A stretch of 64,000 nt of DNA. Origin: Capsulimonadaceae bacterium. GTDB taxonomy: Bacteria > Armatimonadota > Armatimonadia > Armatimonadales > Capsulimonadaceae. The stretch is taken from positions 128,001 to 192,000 of the forward strand of contig OZ244065.1 of assembly GCA_965215505.1 (NCBI GenBank), written 5' to 3'. A program made the position numbers and the translations under genes. Under the pieces are notes generated by a model that saw only the letters and a list, made by a program, of their open reading frames with translations, was not told where the DNA came from and did not search any database. Shown piece after piece: positions 48,376 through 57,930 of this stretch. Within the stretch, counting starts at the first letter, position 1; each line of letters opens with the position of its first letter.

Positions 48376-48609
48376 ATGGTCCGCAACTGGAAACGTGCAT
48401 CCGCCGGAATGTCTCTGGTCCTGGCTGTCGTCGTGCTGGGGTTGTACGCCTACCCCCGCGCCCATTCCTCACCTACCTACCGCCTCGCCAACGGGATTAA
48501 AGTCACCCCGCTAGAAGTTCAGCCTGATGATGCTGCAAAGGTGCTTGATGTCAAAATACGGAAATTTGATGTATCTATGCCTGACGTTAGGGAAGAAGAT
48601 CAGGCTTAG
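48376..48609 (+). CDS. Short secreted/anchored hypothetical protein, possibly truncated
   Basis: TATAAT and GGAGGT SD, N-terminal hydrophobic segment. Ends where the sequence turns AT-richer. Confidence 0.5.
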   Translation: MVRNWKRASAGMSLVLAVVVLGLYAYPRAHSSPTYRLANGIKVTPLEVQPDDAAKVLDVKIRKFDVSMPDVREEDQA

Positions 48610-48869
48610 ATTTCCAGACAATCTTGCCGGCCACCTATCAGCATTGAAATGGAGGTTTCATTAAGGGACAGTGTAATCATGTAAATCATCGGATGTAGAA
48701 CGAACAGCCCGCCTTACGATAAGGCTGGGCTGTTCCATTCCGGGCTGTCCCATTAAGGTTCCAGGCGATCATGAACGACCCCATGAAGAAGGATGCGAGC
48801 AAGGGCATCTCCGAAACGGTCTTTTTCCTCGCCGGATTAAGAAAGGTTGCTATCGGGTAAACTAATAAG

Positions 48870-49883
48870 ATGAATACGACCATATTGAACCGACGGGAAT
48901 TCGTTCGCTTGGGCGGAGCAGGCCTCCTGTTGGGTCTGTCCCCCTTGAGCGCTGCCGGATTGCCGGCAGCGGAGGCCGCCCCGCTGCCCATCCCCCTATC
49001 CCCTGCACCGACAGTGGATGCACGCTTCCCATGCCGCATCGCCGACGGCATCTGGATCATTCCAGACAAGCGGACTCCGCTCGTGCCGAACATCGGCATT
49101 GTCGAAGGCGACAAAACGGTGCTGGTCATTGACAGTGGGTTTACACCGCAGAGCGGGCGCGACGTCTTGAAGGCGGCGCGAGCCATTGCGGGCAAGCGTG
49201 ACATCATCCTGACCGTCACGCACGCGCATCCCGAACATACATATGGAGCGCAGGCGTTCAAAGGCCACGCGAAGATTTTCTACAACAAGCTTCAGCGTGA
49301 CTACCTGGCGAGTGAGGGGCCGAAGCTGCTGAAGGGGTTCCGCTCATCGCTCCCCCCCGACCAGGTTTCTCTTCTGGACGACACACAGATCACTCTGGCC
49401 GACGAGGTGTACGAGGGCAGCCGTGCTTCCCTAGACCTCGGCAATCGCAAAGTCGAGTTCTGGACCGGGGGCATCGCGCACAGCCCCGGCGACCAGATCA
49501 TCAGTATCCCTGACCAGAAGGTGACGTTCGTGGGCGACCTCGTCGAAGAGCGGATGTTTCCCATCGTCCCGCTCTTTCCTCCGATGATCAACGCGGCTGA
49601 CATTGACCTGCGGGCCTGGGAGAAGGCTCTCGCGCGAGTCTCGGAGCAGCAGCCGCGAATTGTTGTCCCCGGACACGGGAATTTAGGTGGAGCGGAAATC
49701 GCCGACGATGTGCGCGGCTACTTCGGGGAGATCCGTCGAATGGTGGCGTCCCGCGAGGCCAACAAGATGACCTCTGCGGAGGCGGTACGTCAACTCGAAC
49801 CTGCGGTGCAGCGCCTGCACCCGACCTGGGAGCGGACCATGTTCATCGCGCCCGCGCTTCGCTACCTGAGCGAACAGGCTTAA
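48870..49883 (+). CDS. Tat-exported MBL-fold metallo-hydrolase
   Basis: LNRREFV Tat signal; IDSG, THAHPEH, HSPGD, GDL, PGHG. Confidence 0.9.
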   Translation: MNTTILNRREFVRLGGAGLLLGLSPLSAAGLPAAEAAPLPIPLSPAPTVDARFPCRIADGIWIIPDKRTPLVPNIGIVEGDKTVLVIDSGFTPQSGRDVLKAARAIAGKRDIILTVTHAHPEHTYGAQAFKGHAKIFYNKLQRDYLASEGPKLLKGFRSSLPPDQVSLLDDTQITLADEVYEGSRASLDLGNRKVEFWTGGIAHSPGDQIISIPDQKVTFVGDLVEERMFPIVPLFPPMINAADIDLRAWEKALARVSEQQPRIVVPGHGNLGGAEIADDVRGYFGEIRRMVASREANKMTSAEAVRQLEPAVQRLHPTWERTMFIAPALRYLSEQA

Positions 49884-49916
49884 AGGTAAGCGCCTGTTCT
49901 AAATTCTGTTAACCGA

Positions 49917-50214
49917 GGGGTCTGCTCACGAAACGGAAAAAATAGTACGTTAAGCGTCCCGAGCATCCTTAGCGGTTAGAAGTCGCCTTGCTTGTCCTCT
50001 ATTTTCGGGTGCGCGACGGCCAAGATAAGTGTACGGAACTTGGCTAGTGACAGCAGGCCCAGCCAAAAACGATAAAGCCGATTTGATATTGGTTGCGCGT
50101 GATTTGGTCATCTTTATTGGCCGCTTGATTCTGGTCCCGCCGCAAGGGTCTCAGACCCCGGTTTGGAAGAGGAAACCCTTAACGTACTATATCTCCGTTT
50201 CGTGAGCGTGCCCC
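49917..50214. mobile_element. Tn3-family miniature inverted-repeat element (MITE/TIME-like), 298 bp
   Basis: Left IR GGGGTCTGCTCACGAAACGGAAAAAATAGTACGTTAAG (49917-49954). Right IR read on the minus strand GGGGCACGCTCACGAAACGGAGATATAGTACGTTAAG (50178-50214). Classic GGGG...ACGTTAAG Tn3 ends, no transposase. Confidence 0.85.
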
Positions 50215-50264
50215 TTTAGCGGCATGGCAATTGCACTCGCTATCACTGCCGTGAAATTATCACA

Positions 50265-51113
50265 GTGACTATGGACATCCCACGCATACAATATGAACCC
50301 CTTGTTCTGGCGGCATTGGCTGAGGACATCGGGCCGGGCGATATTACGACGGCCCTGTGCATCCCGGAGGGGACGCGGGCGACGGCGACGGTGCTGGCGA
50401 AGCAGCCGGGCGTCATCGCCGGGCTGGCGATCGGGGAACTGGCGTTCCACCTGCTGGACCCGGACGCCGTTTGGCAGGCCCACATCAAGGACGGCGACCG
50501 GGTGGGGGAGGGGCGGACGCCGCTCGCCGTCGTCACAGGCGACGCCCGTGCGCTGCTGACGGCGGAGCGGGTGGCACTGAACTTCATGCAGCGGCTGTCG
50601 GGAATCGCGACCGTCACGGCCCGCTACGTCGGGCTGGTCGCGGGGACGAACGCCCGCATCGTGGACACGCGCAAGACGACGCCGGGCCTGCGGGCATTGG
50701 AAAAGTACGCGGTCCGGGCGGGCGGCGGGTTCAACCACCGGCTGGGGCTGTATGACTGCGTTCTGATCAAAGACAACCACATCAAGGCGGCGGGCGGGAT
50801 CGCGAACGCGGTGCGGGGGGCGCGGGCGCACGTCCCGCACACGATGAAGGTGGAGGTGGAGGCTTCCACGCTGGCGCAGGTGGCGGAGGCTTTGGAGGCG
50901 GGCGCGGACATCATCCTGCTGGACAACATGGACACCGGCACGATGCGGCGGGCGGTCGAAACCATCGGCGGGCGGGCCACTTCGGAGGCGTCCGGCGGGC
51001 TGACCGAGGCGCGCGTGGCCGAGGTCGCGGCGACCGGCGTGGACATCCTGAGCATCGGGGCGCTGACGCATTCCGCGCCCGCGCTGGACATTTCGCTGGA
51101 TTTCGCGGAGTGA
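50265..51113 (+). CDS. nadC: Nicotinate-nucleotide pyrophosphorylase (QPRTase)
   Basis: AED.G.GDITT, ERVALN, DTRKTTPGLR, HR.GL.D, KDNH, LLDNM, EASGG, GALTHS. Confidence 0.97.
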   Translation: MTMDIPRIQYEPLVLAALAEDIGPGDITTALCIPEGTRATATVLAKQPGVIAGLAIGELAFHLLDPDAVWQAHIKDGDRVGEGRTPLAVVTGDARALLTAERVALNFMQRLSGIATVTARYVGLVAGTNARIVDTRKTTPGLRALEKYAVRAGGGFNHRLGLYDCVLIKDNHIKAAGGIANAVRGARAHVPHTMKVEVEASTLAQVAEALEAGADIILLDNMDTGTMRRAVETIGGRATSEASGGLTEARVAEVAATGVDILSIGALTHSAPALDISLDFAE

Positions 51114-51121
51114 GGAATCCG

Positions 51122-51227
51122 GGCGATTGAAATCGCGGCAACAAAAGCACGAAGTCACCCTTCGCCGACTGAGACTTCAACCTGCGAAGGCAGGTTTTGT
51201 GAACTTGTTGCTGCGGTTTCAACCGCC
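51122..51227. repeat. ~106-bp palindromic REP/MITE-like element
   Basis: GGCGATTGAAATCGCGGCAACAA is inverted against TTGTTGCTGCGGTTTCAACCGCC, with internal sub-hairpins. Confidence 0.7.
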
Positions 51228-51239
51228 GGTGAGGAACCC

Positions 51240-51965
51240 ATGATACCCTTCGGAACTCCCCATCGGCACCTCGCGCAGTGTGGCTCGACAAACGATTTGG
51301 CGCGGGAGTGGGCGCGTGACCCGGACGACCCGGCCCCGTCGGGCGCTCTGGTGACGGCGGACTTCCAGACGCGCGGGCGCGGGCAGCGCGGGCACCAGTG
51401 GCAGGCAGGGTGGGGGCAGAGCGCCTTGATGTCGTTCGTCTACCATCCATCGCCGACGGTCGAGGCCGGACAGCTAGGGCTGATCGTAGCCCTGGCCGTG
51501 GCGGATGCATTGGCGTCTTTCGCTAGCCTGGACCCCCGCCTCAAGTGGCCGAACGACATCCTGCTGGACGGGCGCAAGGCGGCCGGGGTGCTGGTCGAGA
51601 TCAGCCCGCTCGCGCCCGGCACCGGGGAGGCCATCCTCGGCATCGGCGTCAACGTCAACCAGGAGAGGTTCGTCGGCGCGGACGAGTTCGTCTACCCGCC
51701 CACATCACTGCGGCGGGCGACGGGCCGGCCGCACGAAGTCGAAAGTGTCGTCGCCGCCGTGGCCTCGGCGCTGATGCATCGGGAAGAGGAGTGGCGGCGG
51801 GACGGCTTTGCGCCGATACTGGAAGAGTGCCGGAAGCGCCTCGCCGTCGGCGCGGCCGTGCGGAGGGGCGACCGGCGGGCGGAACTCGTCGGCCTCGCAG
51901 CCTCGGGGGCGGCACGGGTCCGGCTGCCGGACGGAACTTTCGCCGACTGGCACACGGTAGACTGA
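51240..51965 (+). CDS. birA: Biotin-[acetyl-CoA-carboxylase] ligase (class I, no HTH)
   Basis: STND, QTRGRGQRG..W, KWPND, KAAGVL.E, GIGVN. Confidence 0.94.
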   Translation: MIPFGTPHRHLAQCGSTNDLAREWARDPDDPAPSGALVTADFQTRGRGQRGHQWQAGWGQSALMSFVYHPSPTVEAGQLGLIVALAVADALASFASLDPRLKWPNDILLDGRKAAGVLVEISPLAPGTGEAILGIGVNVNQERFVGADEFVYPPTSLRRATGRPHEVESVVAAVASALMHREEEWRRDGFAPILEECRKRLAVGAAVRRGDRRAELVGLAASGAARVRLPDGTFADWHTVD

Positions 51966-51966
51966 A

Positions 51967-52056
51967 AAAACGCCGGACATGAAAACGCCGGACATGAAAA
52001 CGCCGGACATGAAAACGCCGGACATGAAAACGCCGGACATGAAAAGCGCCCGCATG
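51967..52056 (+). repeat. 15-bp tandem repeat (AAAACGCCGGACATG)x5 plus one degenerate copy
   Basis: Five exact copies at 51967-52041, then AAAAGCGCCCGCATG. Confidence 0.95.
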
Positions 52057-52102
52057 GTGTATACTAGGGGGGCGTTTCGCGGAAGTCACAAGGAATCACT
52101 TT

Positions 52103-52414
52103 ATGCTGAAGTCTCGCTGGCTGAGTACCTTCACCGTTATCGGCGCGGTCCTGATCGTGCTGGGCATCGTCGGCCTGGTCATGGGGCCGCATTTCGTTTA
52201 TGATCCGGGGCAGCCGGTCACCGGCAAGGAAGCCTGGTGCTACCTCGTCATCGGCGCCCTGATGGTGCTGAACGGCCTGATGACGCCGGCCCCGGCGGAA
52301 GACAAGCAGACGCCGAGTGCGGAGCGCAAGAAGCCCGGACATCTCGGGGTGCAGGCCGCCGCGAACGGGACAAAGGCCAGCGCGGCAAAAGCCGAGGAAA
52401 CGCGAACCATTTAG
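52103..52414 (+). CDS. Small 2-TM membrane protein
   Basis: AAGGA SD, TATACT upstream, two TM helices. Confidence 0.75.
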   Translation: MLKSRWLSTFTVIGAVLIVLGIVGLVMGPHFVYDPGQPVTGKEAWCYLVIGALMVLNGLMTPAPAEDKQTPSAERKKPGHLGVQAAANGTKASAAKAEETRTI

Positions 52415-52481
52415 GCGGGCCGGATGTTGAACACAGTGTTAGATGCACGGACCGTCAGGAATATCGAGGATCAAACAGACA

Positions 52482-52763
52482 ATGCCATCGGAAGCGATAC
52501 GTTGCAGCGACTGCGGGGCGACTTTCAAGGGAGTCCCGTCTTGGCTCGCGACCGCCAAAGTAAAATTCACTTGCACCAACTGCCCCAAGCGGCCCTCGCG
52601 GGCCATCGCCCGGTTTGAGCCGCCGGTCGTTGCGGCCGCAGTCCTGGACGCGGACCCGGAGATTGACATGGACGCGGCCGAGATGGACGAGATCGACGAG
52701 GAAGCCGACCTCGACATCGGTACGGACGAATTGGAAGACGTCAAGGACGACAAGGACCTGTAG
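52482..52763 (+). CDS. Small Zn-ribbon protein with an acidic C-terminal tail
   Basis: CSDC...CTNC, then a D/E-rich tail. GAGGA SD; followed by a terminator. Confidence 0.75.
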   Translation: MPSEAIRCSDCGATFKGVPSWLATAKVKFTCTNCPKRPSRAIARFEPPVVAAAVLDADPEIDMDAAEMDEIDEEADLDIGTDELEDVKDDKDL

Positions 52764-52783
52764 GACATCTGCCCACGGAAACA

Positions 52784-52825
52784 GAAAAGCCCCGCCACCC
52801 TATCGCTAGGGTGGCGGGGCTTTTC
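52784..52825. terminator. Bidirectional intrinsic terminator
   Basis: GAAAAGCCCCGCCACCCTA..TAGGGTGGCGGGGCTTTTC. Confidence 0.85.
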
Positions 52826-52838
52826 TCATGTGTGGTCC

Positions 52839-55800
52839 TCAGTCCAGCGGCTCTGGAGTGCGGGCGGGGTCTGCCGCCGCGCCCGGTTCGGCACCGGGAG
52901 CGCGGCCCCCGCCGCGCGTGCCGGACGGTCCGCCGCTGGGGCCGCTGCTGCCCGAATCGTCCCGGTCCGAGCCGCCGTAGGCCAGCGCCTCCTCGGGGAT
53001 CTGGCGGTGCCAGACGACGCGGCCCAGCCAGTTCGCGAAGTTGTCGAACAGCAGATAGACGCTGGGGATGACCAGAAGAGTCAGGAACGTCGAGACGATG
53101 ACGCCGCCGACGACCGTGACGCCCAGGGGCTGCCGGAAGCCCGCGCCGCGCCCCAGGCCCGCCGCCGTCGGCAACGTCGCGAAGACGATGGCGAACGAGG
53201 TCATCAGGACGGGCCGCAGCCTCGTCGGGGCCGCCTCCAGGATGGCATCAATGCGCTTGTAGCCGCGCGCCCTGAGCGTGTTGGTGTAGTCCACCATCAG
53301 GATGGCGTTCTTGGTGGCGATGCCGTTGAGCATGATGACGCCGATGGCCGTGATCAGCGAGAAGGGCGTCCCCGTCAGCAGCAGGGCGGCCAGCGCGCCG
53401 ACGAGCGCCTGCGGCAAGGTCAGCATGACCGACAGCGGGTAGAGCATGTTGTTGAACAGGGCCGCCATCAGCATGTACGACAGGATGATCCCCAGGAGGA
53501 CCGCCTGGATCAGATATGGGAACTCGTCCGCGCTGGTCTGGGCGTCGCCGCCCCAGGTGTAGGCCACCTGGCCGAGCTTGCCCTGGTCCGCGAACGTCTT
53601 GAGCTGCGGGTCGATGTCCTTGAAGCGGATGTTGTTGATCTGCGTCCCCGGCAGCAGGTAGGCGGTGACGGAAACCTGGCGAAGCCGGTTCAGGCGGTCC
53701 ACGCGGGTCGGGCCGGCCCCGAGTTTAAGGTTGGCGACATCGCCCAGCGGGATCGGGTTGCCGTTCTGGTAGCCGACCGGGATGTTTCCGAGCGTGTAGA
53801 TGCTTTGACGTTCCGATTTCGCCAGGATGACGTCAATGTTGTACTCGTTGGCGTCCTTCGGGTCGCGGTACTGGGCCGTGATGTCGCCCTGGAGCGCGGT
53901 GGAGACGGTGGTGGCGACGTCGTTGACGTTCAGGCCGTACTGCGAGGCGCGCAGCCGGTCCAGGCGGACCTGCACCTCCGGTTGGCTGGCCTTGAACGAG
54001 ATGTCGCTGCCGTAAGTGCCCGGCGTCTTGTCCACGACCCCCTGCACCAGCGAGGCGGCGTGGAGGAGCTGCGAGAAGTCCGTGCCGACCAGGTTGATCG
54101 TCAGCGGGGCACCACCGCCGCCGAAGCCGTTGACCTCGGAGGCCTGGATCTTCAGGCTGCCGCCGTTGCCGGGGATGGTCTTGATGATCTGGCGAATCTT
54201 CTTCGCCACGTCGGCGTCCGACTCGTCGCGCAGCCGGTCAAGGCCGGTCCGCTTGTTCCAGAACGCGATCTTGTCCAGCGGCGCGGCCCGGTCAAACAGC
54301 GAGACCTGGATCTGCGCGAACTGCGTGCCCGTGTCGCCCGCCCCCGCGCCGCCCGACGAGTTGCGCCCGACGGAAGTCAGGAGGTATTTGATGTCGCCGT
54401 CCAGGGCTTTGTCCGCCCGGATGCGCCGCTCGATCTCGTCGGTGACGCCTTTGGTGACGTTCAGCGACGTGCCCGCCGGGGCCTGGACGCTGACGGACAC
54501 CAGGTTCTGGTCCTGGGCCGGCGAGAAGCGGAAGCCCAGCTTGGGGAAGATCACGATGACGGCGACGATCAGGATGACGTTGCCCGCCATCACCACGATC
54601 CACGGGTGGCGGAGGAAGGAACGCAGGATGTTGCGGTAGAAGTTCTCGAAGCGGTGGTAGCCCCGGTCGAAGGCCGCCGCGAAGCCGCGCCGCCCCTCGC
54701 CGGTGCTTTCCAGCGACTCGCCCTTGCGGAACCAGCGGGAGGCCAGCATCGGGGTCAGGGTGAACGAGACGAACAGCGAGATCAGGACGGCGACGGAGAT
54801 GGAGACGCCGAACGACCGGAAGAACTCGCCGATGATGCCGCCCATGAAGGCGATCGGGATGAAGACGACGAGGTCCACGGCGGTCAGCGTCAGGGCCGCC
54901 AGCCCGATCTCGCTCCGGCCCGCGATGGCCGCCTCCTTCGGCTCCTGGCCCATCGCGAGGTGCCGCGAGATGTTCTCGATGACGACGATGGAGTCGTCAA
55001 TCAGGATTCCGATTGCGAGCGACAGGCCGAGCAGCGTCAGCGAGTTCAGGGTGAACCCGAAGGCGGCGATGGGCAGGAACGTCGCGATGATGCACGTCGG
55101 GATTGCGATGGCGACGATGACGGTGGCCCGGAAGTTGTGCAGGAACAGGAAGACGATCAGGGTCGCCAGCAGTGCGCCGATGAACAGCGAGACGACGACG
55201 TCCTTGAGGTTGTCCCGGACGTTTGTCGAGTCGTCGCGCGTGATGACGAAGTTCACGTCGGCCGGGAGGAACTGCTTGACCGCCTTGAGCTGGTCCTTGA
55301 CGCCGTCGGTCGCCTTCAGGGTGTTGCCGTCGCTCGTCTTCTGGATCGTCAGCGTGACCGAGTCCTGCCCGTCCAGCGTACTCTCCACCGTCCTCTCGAT
55401 GGTGGTGTCGGAGACGTCGGCGATGTCGGACAGGCGCACGGACCGGCTGCCGGCCGCCGCCGCCCCGGCGGGGGCCGATGCCCCGCTGGACACGCTGGTC
55501 GTGCCCGCGCCCGGCAGGGTGACGTACAGGTTTTTCAGTTCGTCCACCGAGGCGAACTCGCCGATGAACCGGATGGAGGCGTACTCCTTGTCAGTCTGGA
55601 TGTAGCCGGCCGCGACGTTCTGGTTGGCGTTGTTGATGGCCTGCGAGAGCTGGCCGATGGTGATGCCGTAGGCGGCCAGGCGGTCGGCATGGACCGAAAC
55701 CCGGATCTCGCGCTGCTCGCCGCCGGTGACATTGACGGCGGAAACGTCGGGTGCCTGCTGGAGACGCTCCGAGACGACGTTGTCGGCCAGGACGCGCAGG

Positions 55801-56252
55801 TCGCGCGGGCTGCGGTTGCCCTTCATGGCGATGTACATGACGGGCTGCGAGGAGTTGTCCTGCTTGGCGACGCTGGGGCTTTGGGCGTTGATCGGGAGGC
55901 GCTGCCGCACGGCGTCCACCTTCTGCCGCACGTCCGCCGCCGCCGTGTCCAGGTTCGTCCCGAAGTAGAAGGTGCAGGTGACGACCGAGACGCCCGCCTG
56001 TGAGGTCGAGTTGATCTGCTTGAGACTGCTGACGCCGCTGATGGAGTCTTCAATCGGCTTCGTGATCAGCGTCTCCATCTCCTGCGGGTTGGTCCCGGCA
56101 TAGGTGGTGGTCACCGAGACGACCGGGAAGTCCACCTTCGGGTTCAGTTCGGCGGGCAGCCGCAGGTAGCTGACGATGCCCAGCACCAGGAACGCCGCCA
56201 CCACCATCAAGATCGCGATCGGGCGACTAATCGCCAGTCGTGTTGCACCCAT
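52839..56252 (-). CDS. RND efflux permease (AcrB/SwrC-like)
   Basis: AI.RP, GILIDDSIVVIENI, SFTLTPML, KNAILMVD, TRLRPVLMT. Confidence 0.97.
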   Translation of the reverse strand: MGATRLAISRPIAILMVVAAFLVLGIVSYLRLPAELNPKVDFPVVSVTTTYAGTNPQEMETLITKPIEDSISGVSSLKQINSTSQAGVSVVTCTFYFGTNLDTAAADVRQKVDAVRQRLPINAQSPSVAKQDNSSQPVMYIAMKGNRSPRDLRVLADNVVSERLQQAPDVSAVNVTGGEQREIRVSVHADRLAAYGITIGQLSQAINNANQNVAAGYIQTDKEYASIRFIGEFASVDELKNLYVTLPGAGTTSVSSGASAPAGAAAAGSRSVRLSDIADVSDTTIERTVESTLDGQDSVTLTIQKTSDGNTLKATDGVKDQLKAVKQFLPADVNFVITRDDSTNVRDNLKDVVVSLFIGALLATLIVFLFLHNFRATVIVAIAIPTCIIATFLPIAAFGFTLNSLTLLGLSLAIGILIDDSIVVIENISRHLAMGQEPKEAAIAGRSEIGLAALTLTAVDLVVFIPIAFMGGIIGEFFRSFGVSISVAVLISLFVSFTLTPMLASRWFRKGESLESTGEGRRGFAAAFDRGYHRFENFYRNILRSFLRHPWIVVMAGNVILIVAVIVIFPKLGFRFSPAQDQNLVSVSVQAPAGTSLNVTKGVTDEIERRIRADKALDGDIKYLLTSVGRNSSGGAGAGDTGTQFAQIQVSLFDRAAPLDKIAFWNKRTGLDRLRDESDADVAKKIRQIIKTIPGNGGSLKIQASEVNGFGGGGAPLTINLVGTDFSQLLHAASLVQGVVDKTPGTYGSDISFKASQPEVQVRLDRLRASQYGLNVNDVATTVSTALQGDITAQYRDPKDANEYNIDVILAKSERQSIYTLGNIPVGYQNGNPIPLGDVANLKLGAGPTRVDRLNRLRQVSVTAYLLPGTQINNIRFKDIDPQLKTFADQGKLGQVAYTWGGDAQTSADEFPYLIQAVLLGIILSYMLMAALFNNMLYPLSVMLTLPQALVGALAALLLTGTPFSLITAIGVIMLNGIATKNAILMVDYTNTLRARGYKRIDAILEAAPTRLRPVLMTSFAIVFATLPTAAGLGRGAGFRQPLGVTVVGGVIVSTFLTLLVIPSVYLLFDNFANWLGRVVWHRQIPEEALAYGGSDRDDSGSSGPSGGPSGTRGGGRAPGAEPGAAADPARTPEPLD

Positions 56253-56310
56253 GATTTACACCTTGTCTACTGTCTGGAACGTAGTTGTTGGACCGGTCCG
56301 CCCCATGCGG

Positions 56311-57927
56311 TTACTGCGCCGCCTGTGCGGTCTGGTGGCCGCGCCCACCGACCGGAGCGCCGTTGGCGTCAACGACCGTCAGCTTGTCGCCTTTTTTCAG
56401 GCCCTGCTGGCCGACGATGACGATGCTCTCGCCGGGCTGGAGGCCGCTCGTGATCTGGGCCTGCTGCTGGTTCTGGATGCCGACCTTGACGGCGCGGGGC
56501 TGGGCGGTGTTGTTCGGGCCGACCACGACCACCTGCTGGGCCGACGTCTGCAAGCCCTGCGATATCGCCGCGTCGCTGCTGTCGTTGGCCTGGAAGCCCT
56601 GCTGGGAGGCCAGCGGCACCAGGGCCACGGACGGCACGACCGGGACGTTTCGGGCGACGCGCGTGATGATCGAGCCGCGCGCGAACATGCCGGGCCGCAG
56701 TTCACCGGGGTTCGCGACCGTCACCCGCAGCGAAAAGACGCGGTTGGTGGCGCTGGCGGCGGGGTAGACTGCGCTGACCTTGCCCGCGTAGCTTTTGCCG
56801 GGCAGGGCGTCCACCTGCACGCTGACCGGGTCGCCGACACTGGTACTGGCAAAGTCGGTTTCCGAAATGGTCGGCTCGTAATAGACCGATCCCAGCCCCA
56901 CGACGCGCATCAGGTTGGTGCCCGGCGAAGCGACCTGGCCCGGCTCCACCTCACGGGCGGCGACGATGCCGTTGATGGGCGACCGGATGAAGGCGTTGGC
57001 GACCTGCTGCTGGTTGAAGGCCAGTGTCGCCTGCTGCTGCTGCACGGCGGCCCGAGCCTGCCGCAAGGCATCCTGTGCGGCCAGGATGTCCTGCTGCCGG
57101 AGCTGGACCTGCTGCTGGTTCGCGATGGCCGTGTTCAGGTTCGCCTGCTGCTGCTGGAGCAGTGCCTGGGCGGCCGCGATGTCCTCCGTCTGGCTGCCCT
57201 CGCGGGTCAGCGAGAGGGACTCCTGCGCGTTCCGGTAGGTCTGGACCTGCACGTCGTAGTTTGTCTGGGCCGTGTCCAGGTCGGACTTTGCGATGGCGCC
57301 CTGCGCGAACAGACTCTTGTTGCGGTTCAGCGTCGTGAGCGCATTGTCCAGGTTGGCCTTGGCGAGCAGCACCTGGCTCTGCCCCTGCAAGACCTGCTGC
57401 GGGCGCGAGCCGCGCTTGACCTTGAGGTAATTCTGGTTGGCGTTGGCGACCTGCGCCCGCGCCTGGGCGACGGCCTGTTTCGCCGTCTGGACCTGGAGCG
57501 TGTAGTTGGTCTGCGCCTGCGACACCTTGGCGATGTTGGAGGAGACGTTCGCCTGGGCCTGGGCGACATTGGCCTGTGCCTGGCGGACGTTCGCCTCCAG
57601 GTCGGTCGCGTCCTGCTGGACGACCACCTGGCCGGCCCGGACGACCTGACCCTCGCGGAAGTTGACGGCGATGACGCGCCCCGCCGCGCGGGCCGAGAGC
57701 TGGACGTCTTGGAGGGCCTGGATGCTGCCCGTGACCGGCACGGTGGCGGAAATTGTGCCGCTCTGCACCGGCACGACCTGAACGGGGATGCTGCCGCCGG
57801 GGTCGCCGACGCCGGGCTTGTGCTGGGCGTCCTGCTTCTTCCCGCAGCCCGCGCCGGCGAGGGTCGCCAGTACGGCTAGGCCGGTCAGCGCCAGGCCGGC
57901 GCGTTTCATCGTCATTTTATTCCTCAA
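56311..57927 (-). CDS. RND periplasmic adaptor (MFP) lipoprotein with a long alpha-hairpin
   Basis: GAGC lipobox, G.V..V...EG..V.AGQ, IRSPINGIV, LRPGMFARG. Confidence 0.93.
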   Translation of the reverse strand: MRNKMTMKRAGLALTGLAVLATLAGAGCGKKQDAQHKPGVGDPGGSIPVQVVPVQSGTISATVPVTGSIQALQDVQLSARAAGRVIAVNFREGQVVRAGQVVVQQDATDLEANVRQAQANVAQAQANVSSNIAKVSQAQTNYTLQVQTAKQAVAQARAQVANANQNYLKVKRGSRPQQVLQGQSQVLLAKANLDNALTTLNRNKSLFAQGAIAKSDLDTAQTNYDVQVQTYRNAQESLSLTREGSQTEDIAAAQALLQQQQANLNTAIANQQQVQLRQQDILAAQDALRQARAAVQQQQATLAFNQQQVANAFIRSPINGIVAAREVEPGQVASPGTNLMRVVGLGSVYYEPTISETDFASTSVGDPVSVQVDALPGKSYAGKVSAVYPAASATNRVFSLRVTVANPGELRPGMFARGSIITRVARNVPVVPSVALVPLASQQGFQANDSSDAAISQGLQTSAQQVVVVGPNNTAQPRAVKVGIQNQQQAQITSGLQPGESIVIVGQQGLKKGDKLTVVDANGAPVGGRGHQTAQAAQ

Positions 57928-57930
57928 TCT

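Noticed and set aside
48870..49883. Calling the MBL-fold gene an antibiotic-resistance beta-lactamase
   Set aside because: Only the fold motifs are visible, and they are shared by many non-lactamase hydrolases.
51967..52056. Possible CRISPR array or the MKTPD-repeat ORF (51979-52203)
   Set aside because: Repeats are contiguous with no spacers and no cas genes. The ORF is a by-product of the repeat and overlaps a better gene.
52830..56003. 1057-aa plus-strand ORF
   Set aside because: Antisense shadow of the RND permease, typical of high-GC codon bias. No motifs.
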